A DNA stretch of 62,939 nucleotides, counting the filler, from Globobulimina sp. (taxonomy: Eukaryota): NCBI GenBank assembly GCA_003354225.1. It is 49 parts of 49 records of this genome, joined end to end, with 100 filler letters (N's around TTAATTAATTAA, not from the genome) between each part and the next. Parts side by side here need not be neighbours in the genome. Positions count along the whole stretch, not along the records: positions 1 to 1,188 come from PIVH01021376.1; positions 1,289 to 2,476 come from PIVH01021377.1; positions 2,577 to 3,764 come from PIVH01021378.1; positions 3,865 to 5,051 come from PIVH01021379.1; positions 5,152 to 6,338 come from PIVH01021380.1; positions 6,439 to 7,625 come from PIVH01021381.1; positions 7,726 to 8,912 come from PIVH01021382.1; positions 9,013 to 10,199 come from PIVH01021383.1; 41 more parts are not named here. The stretch is one strand, 5' to 3'. The notes under the pieces are model-generated. The model was not told where the DNA came from and made no database searches. It saw nothing but the letters and a program-made list of their open reading frames with translations. This document shows positions 1-11,586 of the stretch, piece by piece. Numbering within the stretch: the first letter of the stretch is position 1; the number at the start of each line of letters is the position of its first letter. The translations under genes were made by a program, and so were the position numbers.

Positions 1-1188
1 TTTGTGTGATTGATATTGTTTAGAAAAATATGCATGGTGTTGCTGATAGATTATGTGTCGTATATTTTGCGTTCCGCACTGCAAACAAGTATGACAACGG
101 ATAGCTATGATTGGCTGATTGATTTGGTACAGATTAATTTGACGTTTTTTGCGCAATTTATATGCGTAATGATAGCAACGCATTGGGTCAATAAGAAGAT
201 ATCCTCCATTATAGAGAGCAATAAATTCGAGCTGTTGAATATCGAAGAATCGCGGATGCCGCTAATTGCGGTGCGTTCCAAAACGGTAACTACATTTTCA
301 TCCAATCCGATTAATCAGCCATCGTTAATCGATATATTATCAAATTATAAGTCGTTCGAAATCTTTATCAAACATTTGATGTCGGAGTTCTGTATTGAAT
401 GCTTAGTGTCGTTAGGTATGCTTGTGTTTGTTATAAATATATATATATATATATTGAAATGTTATGTATTCATTGTTTTGCATTGCTCCAATTGGTACGT
501 TACATTTGTATGAAAATTAAATAAAATCTACAAAATCTGAACGTGAGCAATGTTGAATAATGGCTACGAATTTCAATGTATAACTATGGATTGGTAAAAA
601 TATGTTAATTTTTAGTTGAATTGGTACAGTTCCAACAATTTATATATAACCGATATTTTAGAAATTATCAGTACACTTCGACTGAGGATTTTTTTCATGA
701 TTCATTGTTTAACAGAATAAATTTCCCGGAATCTGTACCCAAATCCAAAATTATTTATGGCAGTGTACGATATAGAAATACTTTTAGTATTAATGGTAAT
801 AATGCATTCGCACAAAGTACAAGCACATCAAAATCGAGCAGCAACACTAAAACTAAAAATAAGGCAAACAAAAAAAGCTTTGCTGATATTGTAGCATTGT
901 ACGAGCATCGAGAGATTGGCAGTACCTCTTTCATGGAAGATACAGTTACGAGTACACGCGAAAGTTTTAGTGATGGCAAAATTAAAGATATTAAAAATTC
1001 ATTAAAAATTAAATCAAAAAAATTGTATTTGAAGTATATTGCAATTGGCAGTGAATATGAAGTAAATATTGAATGGAGTTTAAGAGTGCGATTTATAATA
1101 TTATTTGGAAAAAATAGTGATAGGGATGGTACATATCAATCATTGGATGAATTTGATTTTAGAGATTACGTTGATTTGTATGAGGAAG
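1..1188 (+). CDS. Membrane-helix-preceded RGS (regulator of G-protein signalling) domain protein, partial; intron 416..615
   Basis: Splicing GT416..AG615 gives ILSNYKSFEIFIKHLMSEFCIECLVSL-VELVQFQ, followed by LYLKYIAIGSEYEVNI (RGS hallmarks); two hydrophobic helices lie upstream. Confidence 0.75.
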
Positions 1189-1288
1189 NNNNNNNNNNNN
1201 NNNNNNNNNNNNNNNNNNNNNNNNNNNNNNNNTTAATTAATTAANNNNNNNNNNNNNNNNNNNNNNNNNNNNNNNNNNNNNNNNNNNN
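1189..1288. other. Artificial contig linker (first of 48): 44 N + TTAATTAATTAA + 44 N
   Basis: The identical 100-nt unit recurs every ~1286-1288 nt, last copy at 61655..61754; the core gives stops in all six frames; intervening contig lengths fall monotonically from 1188 to 1185. Confidence 0.99.
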
Positions 1289-1342
1289 CGAATTAAGATT
1301 AATAAATAAGTATAAACGAAAAAGAATGATAATATTTACATC

Positions 1343-2195
1343 TCAAATACTAACAAAATCCAAAAAGAAATACGCAACAAAAAATACAGAAAAATAGGCA
1401 GATGTTATTGCAACAGATGAGTTTACGCACTCATCACATGTTTTTAAGTCAGCATCACTTCGCGGCCATAATTCCCACTCACTTTCTAACGGATGCTCAT
1501 AATTTGCAAACACCGCAGCTATGCCTTGTACGTACTCATATTGTTGACCTATGATTGGAAGGTCATACATGGCAATAAATATTGGATAGAGATAAATGGA
1601 AAACGCTTCATCATCTGCATTATGTCCACGATAATCGGATCCAAAAACACTTACTGCTTTCATTAAGTGAGAAACATTGATATTTCGAATGCGTACAAAT
1701 CTTCCTTGGTAATCTTCAATTTGCGGTGGAGTTATTACTATCGGCGTAACCACATCTCCTTCACCATTCATTTCAATGTCACTTGATGCCACCGGGTTAA
1801 TTCGAAGAACACCGGCTCTGTTAGTGTCCACTGTGCCTGTTACGGTTACATAACGACCTTAAAATGTGTATATATAATATATAATATGATTGCAATGGAT
1901 GAGAGAGATTTATACTCAAAATACCTAAAACCAAGCCAGTTATATGCGCAGTGTCATAAAAAGAAGTATTATATACATAAACCAACATTCCTCCGGAACT
2001 ATCTTGAATGTAAAACCCTGCCCCATTTTGTCCGTGGCCATAATCATCGTGATCACCTGGATGCGATGTTAATTGTCCAGTGACAGTGGCAATGTTACTT
2101 GTGTCGGCTAAGGAACGCGCTTCTTCAATACTGATACTTTGAGAGTGTGATAATGTCAAAAGGGACAAAAACGATAATGCCAACATACTCATCAT
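1343..2195 (-). CDS. Secreted/anchored protein with bacterial-type OB-fold (extracellular-nuclease-accessory-like); exons 2195..1925 and 1857..1343
   Basis: Signal peptide, SISIEEAR, GFYIQDSSGGMLVY; a 67-nt GT-AG intron (1858..1924) restores LGRYVTVTGTV; later IEDYQGRFVRI and ELWPRSDADL; hydrophobic C-terminus. Confidence 0.7.
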
Positions 2196-2576
2196 TTTAA
2201 ACCAAAAACAGATGGAGTGCTTTGGGACGAACGTATGGTTTGGCTCTGAGATATAATATAGAGTTAAATTTAGTTAGTGAAAGCCTGAAAAAGTTACAAT
2301 AATCAGAATAATGTCACACACTAAAGATTCATTTGATGATTACGAATTAACGAGAATGGCAACTGAAATTATGATGGATTTGGCTGTAAAAACAAACCTT
2401 GATCCAGATGCCAGAAACCCATATCTATACTTGTTCTCAAATGATGATATTTACGCAGTTAGCTTAGAGAATTTACNNNNNNNNNNNNNNNNNNNNNNNN
2501 NNNNNNNNNNNNNNNNNNNNTTAATTAATTAANNNNNNNNNNNNNNNNNNNNNNNNNNNNNNNNNNNNNNNNNNNN

Positions 2577-3059
2577 TCGTGAAACGGCAAAGGCATTCTT
2601 AGCTTTTAACAAATCATTTTCAAATGCAATAGGGAAAAAAGTGTCGCCTGCAAATAAAATTCCGCTTTCTTTACAGTAAATACATACAGAATCAAAACTA
2701 TGCGCAGTAATATGGATTATTTCGCAACATTTTTCTCCAATTCTTATTTCTTGTCCATCTTTTAACAAATAGTCAACACCTTCTAAATGTTTATTTAATG
2801 CAAATACCTTAGGATTGTATCTCTCTTTTATTAATGGTAATATTTTGGTATGATCGGAATGGCTATGCGTTAATATTACCTGATCTATTTTATTTTTGCC
2901 CAGCCCTGAATTTGTATCTTCAAGTAAATCCAGGATTTTAGGATCATTCCCAACATCTATTAGGGTATTAGTGTCGCTTATTGTGTTCCACTCACCAAGT
3001 ACATAAAATACATTTGAAGTATAAATTTTACTGTTTTTGGTCAAATTAATAATATTCAT
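2577..3059 (-). CDS. Prokaryotic MBL-fold metallo-hydrolase, 3' truncated
   Basis: TLIDVG, THSHSDH, HITAHS and LFAGDT motifs; no introns; starts 4 nt after the CheR stop. Confidence 0.9.
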
Positions 3060-3063
3060 CCAA

Positions 3064-3669
3064 TTATTGCTTTTCAAATAACTGTGCGTAATCAACAATC
3101 TTTTTAAACTTATGCTCAATTTCTTTAGGCATACTTTGTGTGTTTTCCATTACCAACAGCCCCTGATTAAGTAACATATCATGATACATTTTTAGCACCG
3201 CAATTCGTTGTTGTTGATTGAAATGCAACAAAACATTTTTACAAATAACTAAACTGTAATCTTTCCTTAAGGCCTTTAAGGCAAGTAAATCATACTTTTG
3301 AAAATGAATAAGGCTTCTTAACTCATCATTCACAATATAGTTTCCAATATTGTCAAATGGGCTAAAATACCGTTTAAATAATTCAGATGGAATTCTCTCT
3401 AAATAATCTTTATGATAAATGCCATCCACTACCGTTTTACCAAAATCAACATTTTCACTATCAATATCAATGGCATGTATTTTTACATTTCGCAAGGCAA
3501 ACTTTCCCATTTTTTCAGCCAGCAATATTGCAAAGGTATAAGTTTCCATGCCCATGGCACAGCCTGCATTTAGAATATGAACCTTGCTGCGTCCAATAAT
3601 ATTAGGTACTAATTTGTCAACTGCCAACCTTAGAATTGGTTCATCTCTGAAAAAAAATGTAAATGCCAT
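3064..3669 (-). CDS. cheR: CheR-type SAM-dependent methyltransferase (C-terminal domain only), prokaryotic
   Basis: FTFFFRD, NAGCAMGMETYT, IHAIDID, GIY and VICKNVLLHF motifs. Confidence 0.88.
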   Translation of the reverse strand: MAFTFFFRDEPILRLAVDKLVPNIIGRSKVHILNAGCAMGMETYTFAILLAEKMGKFALRNVKIHAIDIDSENVDFGKTVVDGIYHKDYLERIPSELFKRYFSPFDNIGNYIVNDELRSLIHFQKYDLLALKALRKDYSLVICKNVLLHFNQQQRIAVLKMYHDMLLNQGLLVMENTQSMPKEIEHKFKKIVDYAQLFEKQ

Positions 3670-4339
3670 TTTGTAATTTAGAATGAATATTAATAATAAC
3701 TTAATCTTGGTAATCACAAATCAATGTCGTTTAGATAAGAAATTAATTTGTATGTCTTTGACAGNNNNNNNNNNNNNNNNNNNNNNNNNNNNNNNNNNNN
3801 NNNNNNNNTTAATTAATTAANNNNNNNNNNNNNNNNNNNNNNNNNNNNNNNNNNNNNNNNNNNNATAATGCTGGACCTATTTTAGGAGCTGACCAATGGA
3901 CGTATTGGATCGCGACAGATGGGCCAACAACGTTGCTTCCTCCATAGCTGCTCACTTTCTGTCTCTTTTGGTTTCTTTCTTTCTTGCGACTTACTTTTTA
4001 CCCCAATAATCAATAATTTATAATTTCTATAGGCAAACTTTGATGACTGGACATTTGAGAGAGCGAATGGCATGTAACGAGAAGGAAAAAACAGTAAAGT
4101 TAGTTTTTTATCGAAAAGCTCTGAATCCAGTAACTAAGCATTCGTAATTAGTGACCAGCAGATATTATGGTTTATGTAGATGTAGGAATCACAAATATAA
4201 TCTGTGAAAAGAGACTGGTTTGCGCGGAGTTATATTATGCCACAAAAACCAGAAAATATCAAGCCATCATATAAACAACGACCATTTGGTATTCGAGTCG
4301 ATGGGGCATGAATTATAAATTAAAAAACCAATATCGCTC

Positions 4340-4428
4340 GACACCAACACCCGCTCCACACCACCACCACCCTCCACACCAACACCACCCGCTCCACACC
4401 ACCACCTTCTCCACAGCACCACCTCCCC
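4340..4428. repeat. C/A-rich low-complexity tract (CCACACCACCACC-like units)
   Basis: Imperfect repeats of ctccacaccaccacc / cccgctccacacc. Confidence 0.7.
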
Positions 4429-4895
4429 AGCCCGATCGATGTACTCTCGCCAAGAAAAAACTATTTGAATCAGATCACAACAATTAAAATAATATTAATA
4501 TCATTTTGTTTTTGATTTGTAGTCACTTGTTTGTTTAAAAAATAAACACAAAAAAGCAAAAAATAATTACAGACACAATCTTATGCACCACATTGAGGCA
4601 AACATTTGAGATTCAATCATTTTGCCCATTTTGCATATCTGTAATTCTGGATCTGCAACTTGTTGGTTTCTCATATAACTCATATTGTCTCTTTCTTTTA
4701 AGCTCCATGTAAATAATTGCGAAACCTCCAAAATACCAACAACAACGCAAGGGAAGGGAAGGGACGCTACCATTGCTTCAGTTTAATTTCAAGTAAATAC
4801 AAAAAAAGTAAAGAAAGTAAATTTATGAATATTATTAAAGTCAATTGAAGTCAATTCAAATCTGTATAATAAATATATTTTTAAATCAGTCTACT

Positions 4896-5051
4896 TTATG
4901 CATTCCAGACATCGACGTTGTATTTCTTTTCAACTTTCATGTTTTGAATGTATTTCGTCGATTCGATCAGACTCATCTTGGAATGCAACGCAATGAGCTG
5001 AATCACCGTATTTTCCACATCTTTGGCCATTTTCGTAGAGTCCCCGCCGCA
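4896..5051 (-). CDS. C-terminal end of a diflavin reductase (NADPH-cytochrome P450 reductase/NDOR1/CysJ-like); not in the ORF track
   Basis: Manual translation gives CGGDSTKMAKDVENTVIQLIALHSKMSLIESTKYIQNMKVEKKYNVDVWNA*, matching the CG..MAKDV...Y..DVW terminus. Confidence 0.8.
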   Translation of the reverse strand, partial: CGGDSTKMAKDVENTVIQLIALHSKMSLIESTKYIQNMKVEKKYNVDVWNA

Positions 5052-5236
5052 NNNNNNNNNNNNNNNNNNNNNNNNNNNNNNNNNNNNNNNNNNNNTTAAT
5101 TAATTAANNNNNNNNNNNNNNNNNNNNNNNNNNNNNNNNNNNNNNNNNNNNTATCCAATATATTGACGTCGGAAACGATTATGATCTGCGTTCGGAGATC
5201 CATTATCCTTTCTTTCATATTAATAAATTTTTAACC

Positions 5237-6338
5237 ATGAAACGAAGATTAACATTCGACCATTATAACAATGGCCAAGAAAACAAGAGAGCGAATCCAG
5301 ACTGGTCCACCAGACTGAAAAACTTGCTTCAAACATCAGCAACGAAAACTACCTTCAAAACAAGGACTGCCACAACAGCAAACACCTTCAGAACAACAAC
5401 AACACCAACCTTTAGATTTAGAAATTGGGCCAACATGGCAACGAATGTGATTGAAGAGGATACAGCAACGACGAAGACAATCATCGCGACTCAGAGGTGA
5501 CACCGTCCAGACACCCACGATGATATCAACAAGAAGAGCCAACACGGACCAAGAACAAAAACAAAACGATCAGCAGACAGAGGTGGGACAGACCACAACC
5601 ACCACATCAACGACAACCGAACAGAAATGGGATATCAATCAAGAAAGTGCATTATTGTACCGATTGAACATTTATGAGCATGAAAGGCCAATAAATGAAT
5701 TAACTCCTTCCGAGATTGATTCATATCATTTACGATTACACGACAGCGGTAATCAAACATCCCTATTCGAGGCATTAGACACGGAGCATAAGAATGCGTT
5801 CATCGAGAGAAGGAACATCGAAATCGCGACTGCGGAGAGTATGAGATCGCAGAGAATCGACGGGAGAAATCCCAACGAAATACGAAATCTGGTCGCCGAA
5901 GAAGACAAATGCGAAAGAGAAGAAAACACAGTTTAGTGACAATAAAAAGTACATAAAACAGGGCACAGCAATGCCAACCGTGCAATGCCTCAAATTTTTT
6001 ACCGAGACAGCAACGGAATTACAACCCCACACAGAAGACGAATAATATCTTGGACAAAGTAACCGCGAATGAGACGGCGGTGGAAAACCTGGCCACGGTC
6101 TCAATGACATCAAATGCGCAGCAACGCAAAGCAAAGATGGCAGCAAATAAAGCGAAATTAGATTATCGCGATTCTGTATATACCCGAAAATACGGGGATT
6201 TGGAAGGCAATTTCATCGATGCGGTGGTGGATCCGTTAAACGTAAATATCGAGAAAGAAAAGAGATTGCCGGTGAACATAAAACAGGAAGGGGTCATCAC
6301 CGCGATGCTCGCATTCAATTATCAGCAACGGATTGAAC
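5237..6338 (+). pseudogene. Intronless, frameshifted chain of ORFs of unknown family (possibly element- or virus-derived)
   Basis: Consecutive coding-like segments in different frames (5237-5500, 5451-5936, ~5910-6045, 6050-6338) with no splice-like gaps. Confidence 0.3.
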
Positions 6339-6771
6339 NNNNNNNNNNNNNNNNNNNNNNNNNNNNNNNNNNNNNNNNNNNNTTAATTAATTAANNNNNN
6401 NNNNNNNNNNNNNNNNNNNNNNNNNNNNNNNNNNNNNNTTAGAAAAAACAAATTAATACTCAGAAAACAGAACACAACAAAGTTTATCCAGTGCAGAAAA
6501 AAGAAAAGGGATAAAAGAGGATGTAAAAAGATTATATTGGAACAAAAAAGAAAGAGGGTATAAAGTGCATAAAGTAAAATGGAAAAAATGGAATGAAACA
6601 TAATGCAAATTACATTTAATGAACCAATCAGATTGCAAAAAGTACAGATTAATTGCAAAAGTACAACAGGTTATATATATTAAAAAAATACAAAAAAACA
6701 AAACGAAAACGGAAAACGTTTTTGAATATATGATATTTGGCATTCATTCACGAATCACTAAAAATATGCAG

Positions 6772-7590
6772 TCATCTTCTTAACCATTCACTAAATATCT
6801 TACTCCAAATATGATGATCATGTTTTTGTTCCATACTTTCCATTGCATCGTCATACGTTTGTTGACCAAACCGGTTTGTATTAAAAAATAGATTCATAAA
6901 AACTTTGATAACACTTGCTGGAAATTCAGGATGTCCCTGAAATGATAATACCCGATCATTAATTGTAAATAACTCAAATTCTATCCATTTGGATGAAGCT
7001 ACTGATGTTACATTGCGAGGCAACGATACAACAGCATCGCGATGGAATTTTAATACAGTGAGACTTGACCTATTTCCGTATTGGTCTTTAAAATATGGAA
7101 ATGTTTGATAAAAATTATCATTTAATGCAATACATCGAGCACCAATCTCAAAATTGTCATCAATATCTTTTTTCAATGCATTAATAGACGCTTTGCCACA
7201 TTTTAAACTATGAGCAATTATTTGATGTCCGAAACAATGTCCAATTAACTTAATATGTTTAAATACCGATTCATTTACAATGCTATTTGTTAATTTCCTT
7301 AATTTTAAAACCCATTCCAATTTATCATCGTATGCATCGGTAGTAGCACCTGTTAAAATAATGCCAGATATTGACAATAATTCATTACGTGTTGGGAATT
7401 CATTGTTGTACACATTATATTCTATCCATTCTTCATCGCAATGATTCAACTCTTCATTTTGAGTATAAAATTGTTTAAAAAATTCAAATAAAGTATAATT
7501 ATTATGTTCAAAATGTACACAAACAAATATTGCATAACGACGACATTTTTTGTCATTTCGGTTGACATTTTTGCAAAAAAAAGAACCCAT
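6772..7590 (-). CDS. Class I glutamine amidotransferase-like (gamma-glutamyl peptidase type)
   Basis: GIILTG, nucleophile elbow GHCFGHQII, FHRDAV and FQGHPEF catalytic triad. Confidence 0.9.
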   Translation of the reverse strand: MGSFFCKNVNRNDKKCRRYAIFVCVHFEHNNYTLFEFFKQFYTQNEELNHCDEEWIEYNVYNNEFPTRNELLSISGIILTGATTDAYDDKLEWVLKLRKLTNSIVNESVFKHIKLIGHCFGHQIIAHSLKCGKASINALKKDIDDNFEIGARCIALNDNFYQTFPYFKDQYGNRSSLTVLKFHRDAVVSLPRNVTSVASSKWIEFELFTINDRVLSFQGHPEFPASVIKVFMNLFFNTNRFGQQTYDDAMESMEQKHDHHIWSKIFSEWLRR

Positions 7591-7742
7591 TCTTAAGAAT
7601 TCTGAAGATATTGACGTTGTAGTGGNNNNNNNNNNNNNNNNNNNNNNNNNNNNNNNNNNNNNNNNNNNNTTAATTAATTAANNNNNNNNNNNNNNNNNNN
7701 NNNNNNNNNNNNNNNNNNNNNNNNNTTTCCAAATAAATCCAA

Positions 7743-8030
7743 CTAGCTCCATATTAAGTAAACAAAACCCATGGGAAGCTCAAAAAATTCGCTTTTCCCA
7801 AGGGGATAAAATATGACTCCAATTGCAAGTTCAATATACGGTGACATCCTAAACTTGGAACAAACTCCAAAAGTATACCCGGCAAAATTTTTAAATGGCT
7901 TAAATATTAACGGATTATTGAATGTTTTCCATCCATCCTCTTTATTCCATTCAATACCATACGAAAAAGGCACGGTCGTAAATCCAGCTTCTAACATAAC
8001 ATCAAGATATTCTTGAAAACGAATCCCCAC
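7743..8030 (-). CDS. Fragment of an unrelated, probably bacterial hypothetical protein (possible chimeric segment)
   Basis: Aromatic/Gly-rich beta-strand-like open frame, stylistically unlike the adjacent protist DNA. Confidence 0.3.
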   Translation of the reverse strand: MGIRFQEYLDVMLEAGFTTVPFSYGIEWNKEDGWKTFNNPLIFKPFKNFAGYTFGVCSKFRMSPYIELAIGVIFYPLGKSEFFELPMGFVYLIWS

Positions 8031-8196
8031 TGAAACGGCTCCTGTCTAGACGCGATAACGGAATTATTAAACATCTTAATTTATTCATCATAATCATAAT
8101 TCAGTCTATATTTGTAATCTGTAATTAGAATATTAACGCATACCAAACGCAAACGTTACAATACTTTTTTGTATTAAAAGTACTTTGATATCTCAC

Positions 8197-8912
8197 ATGT
8201 CGCAATTGCATCTTCTTCAATCTCATGGACACAATATTAAAAATTTCAAATATCCGTCAATTACTGGTGAAAGCTTGTTTAATCCGATGTTTTACAAATA
8301 TTTCTGGAATAAATTAGCATCAAATATTCCAGCATTCGTATCACCAAATTTCATTACATTGTCGGGCATTGCAGTCTTTTATGTATGCTACGCACTCGCT
8401 TATTTTTCATTGGTTTATAATAATGGTTACCAATATTATTTATTTGCTTTGGGTGTGTTCGCATGGCACACTACTGATAATATCGACGGCATTGTTGCAC
8501 GGGAAACAAAACAGTGCTCACCACTCGGTTTAATGTTTGATCATTGTCTCGATCCATTGGTTTATATTCCAATGGCATTATCATTACTTTATGCACTCAA
8601 TTTATCGCATTGCAACATGTTAGTATTGACCGCGACATTCGCATATGTATTAACTACGAATATGTTTTTTATGACAGTTAATTACGCCGAACAGACAGAA
8701 TTTCAATGTACACAGAATTTCAATGTACACGTTTTTGGAGCATTTGGTATCACAGAATTTCAATGTACAGTCATATGCATTTTTATTATTTCTCAGATGT
8801 ACTCTCATAATAATTCAAATGTATGGAATAATTATTATGTCAATTACATATTGATTATAGCTATGATCCTTTCAGGATTCAAGGATTCATTGAATTATTT
8901 TATCGTCATTTC
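8197..8912 (+). CDS. CDP-alcohol phosphotransferase (choline/ethanolamine phosphotransferase family), 3' truncated
   Basis: PAFVSPNFITLSG and the DNIDGIVARETKQCSPLGLMFDHCLD signature. Confidence 0.92.
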
Positions 8913-9012
8913 NNNNNNNNNNNNNNNNNNNNNNNNNNNNNNNNNNNNNNNNNNNNTTAATTAATTAANNNNNNNNNNNNNNNNNNNNNNNNNNNNNNNN
9001 NNNNNNNNNNNN

Positions 9013-10199
9013 TTGATCATCACATTCATGGCAAATCAATATTAACTTTGTCAAATACTGAGACAAATCGTAATGTGTTAAAGGATTAAATGTTGCCGAT
9101 ATGGATACATTTTGTGTTAATTGTTCTGCAGAATATTCCGATTCAAATCCTCTTTCAATAACATCTTGTCGCACATTTTCATATTTATAATTTGTGGCAA
9201 TATCGTAATTAATCAATTTATTCCATTCTGAAATATTTTTATTTTCAATGGCGCGCATCGGTGTGCTTAATATTTGCGACTGAGTTTTTGTTTCGTTATC
9301 GACCCATTCAAATACATTATACCATAAAAATTTGGATTTCTTGTCGTGAGGATCCAATTTCAAATACCAAATAGCTGAGGATAAAATATATTTTTTCATC
9401 CAGTACCAATCTCTTTGGTTTTCTGTATCACTCAAAATTTCTAATATTACTTTTTTAATTGTTTTATATAAAATGGTGTCCACCGGACTTCGGCCTTTGG
9501 TATTAATCTCATAATAAAAACAAATATATAGCATATCATCGGAATATGCTTTTTTTGTTTCGATACTTTTTAATATAATTCGTAAAAGTGTCTCTAATAT
9601 TTCTTTTTTATATACATCAGCTACTCCGGCTAAAAACGTATGGGATAACACGCCAATGTCATCGTCATTTTTTTTTTCGTCGTCTTTTTCTTCAATAAAT
9701 AACTCATTTAAAATGCGATTAAAATTATCAGTGATACCTTTTTTTTTCGATAAATCGTTTGTAGTGTTTTCAATTCGTTCTCCGAGCTCCGTTTTTAATA
9801 AATTCATAATTAATAACTCTTCAATATCCGGGAAACCATTTTTTTGAGCAATTTTAAGTGCGGTTTGTTTCGAGTTATCTTCTTTATCGATATCACCGCC
9901 CAAATTAATACACATTGACACTAATTCATATGAGCCGTACTGCGTGGATAACATTAATAAGTTCCTGCCTTTTCCATTGGTATCGTCCATAGCCAATTCT
10001 TTGCTGCGTACCAAATCTTTTATAAATTCAATGTCTCGTTCTTTTAATTTGGTTTCTAATGATTCCCAGAATTGAGAAGTTTTCTTTTTATCTTCTTCTT
10101 CTTCATCATCTTCATCATCATCCTCGTCTTTTGTTTCTTTGCCCTGATTATATTTTTCTTCTTTTGCTTCAATTTCATCCAATAACACATCAATTGAAT
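9013..10199 (-). CDS. Ankyrin-repeat protein, partial
   Basis: GRNLLMLSTQYGSYELVSMCINLGGDIDKEDNSKQTALKIA. Confidence 0.8.
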
Positions 10200-10299
10200 N
10201 NNNNNNNNNNNNNNNNNNNNNNNNNNNNNNNNNNNNNNNNNNNTTAATTAATTAANNNNNNNNNNNNNNNNNNNNNNNNNNNNNNNNNNNNNNNNNNNN

Positions 10300-11269
10300 C
10301 TATATCAAAGTAATAATTGTTTTGATTTTTTTTAAATTGGTTTAAATTCCATTCCATCCAAGTTTGAGATATCTCATTTATTTTAATTCCTAAATGCAAT
10401 CTAAAACAATTATCTTTTTCTGAATTGAATATAAAATTTGTGAGATAATTCAAAGGAAATAAATTAACTTTCCAAACATTTTCAAAATTACAAACTTGTT
10501 TTGGCGTTAATATATTTTGCTGTTTTTTATGTTGCAAATAATGTGTAATTAAAATATTTAATCTCTCCCGATTTAATGTGTTTAATTGCAATGATTTCAC
10601 AGCAAAATAATTAGCGATGATATGAACAACAGTCAATGTAACAAATGTAAACACAATAATTATAAATTCATATTGATTATTATTCAAAAACGAGGTTAAT
10701 ATTAAACCAAATATCATTCCTAAAACAGTAACAAATGTTTCTTGTATTCCTTCTTTGGATATAATATCCGTTTCATTGTCGTTTTTTGCAAAATGTTTAG
10801 CTATTCCAACCCGTGTAGCACCCGCCGAACATCCGCACATTGCCTGCAATATAAACGTATATATTTCAGACATATTATTGACAGTATTTTGACACTGCTT
10901 TGTGCAGTATACAGTATTTTATATTGTCAATATTGTCAAAATATTGTCAATAAATATACCTTACAAATAGAAGCAACGCATAATATTGGCACAAAGCATA
11001 TGGATGGAAATAATGGTGAAACTAATTCAAGACTCAATGCAATATCATTTATAACATCAGCAAATAATCGCCATTGCTTTATTTCGACACCAAATGAATA
11101 TGAATATTTCCATGAAAATAAGACCGAACCAATTAAACCGGTTAAATCTCTAAATATAAATTGTATGGTCGCAGACGTTGCATTCGCTGTTGATTTGCCA
11201 ACGCCAATTCCTATTAATGTTGAACGGGTAGTTAGCAATCCGCGTAAATATGAACATAATGCTTGAATG
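10300..11269 (-). CDS. RUS1/DUF647 (root UVB sensitive) family protein, partial; intron 10844..10959
   Basis: IQALCSYLRGLLTTR, RDLTGLIG, KQWRLFADVINDIA, spliced CK-AMCG..AGATR, HFAKNDN..DIISKEGIQET, TLNRERL. Confidence 0.92.
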
Positions 11270-11486
11270 TTTTTGCACTTTCGAGTGAACCCGAATAGGC
11301 GACAAGTACACGACGTACAGGTCGGAACGTTTCCGAGACGGCAAGCATTGGGCGAACTCCTGCAGCAACTAGCCGCTCGAGACTGTCTGTCGGCTCCGGA
11401 ACTACATCATGTTCGAAAAGACCGTGAAGCCCAAACACACAGAGATCCTGATAGCGAACCAGGTCAGCTACAATTTCAAATGGGTC
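11262..11486 (-). CDS. Bacterial universal stress protein (tandem USP) fragment fused to the RUS1 contig
   Basis: DPFEIVADLVRYQDLCVFGLHGLF...LVAAGVRPMLAV...RRVLVAYSGSLESAK; abrupt rise in GC. Confidence 0.8.
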
Positions 11487-11586
11487 NNNNNNNNNNNNNN
11501 NNNNNNNNNNNNNNNNNNNNNNNNNNNNNNTTAATTAATTAANNNNNNNNNNNNNNNNNNNNNNNNNNNNNNNNNNNNNNNNNNNN

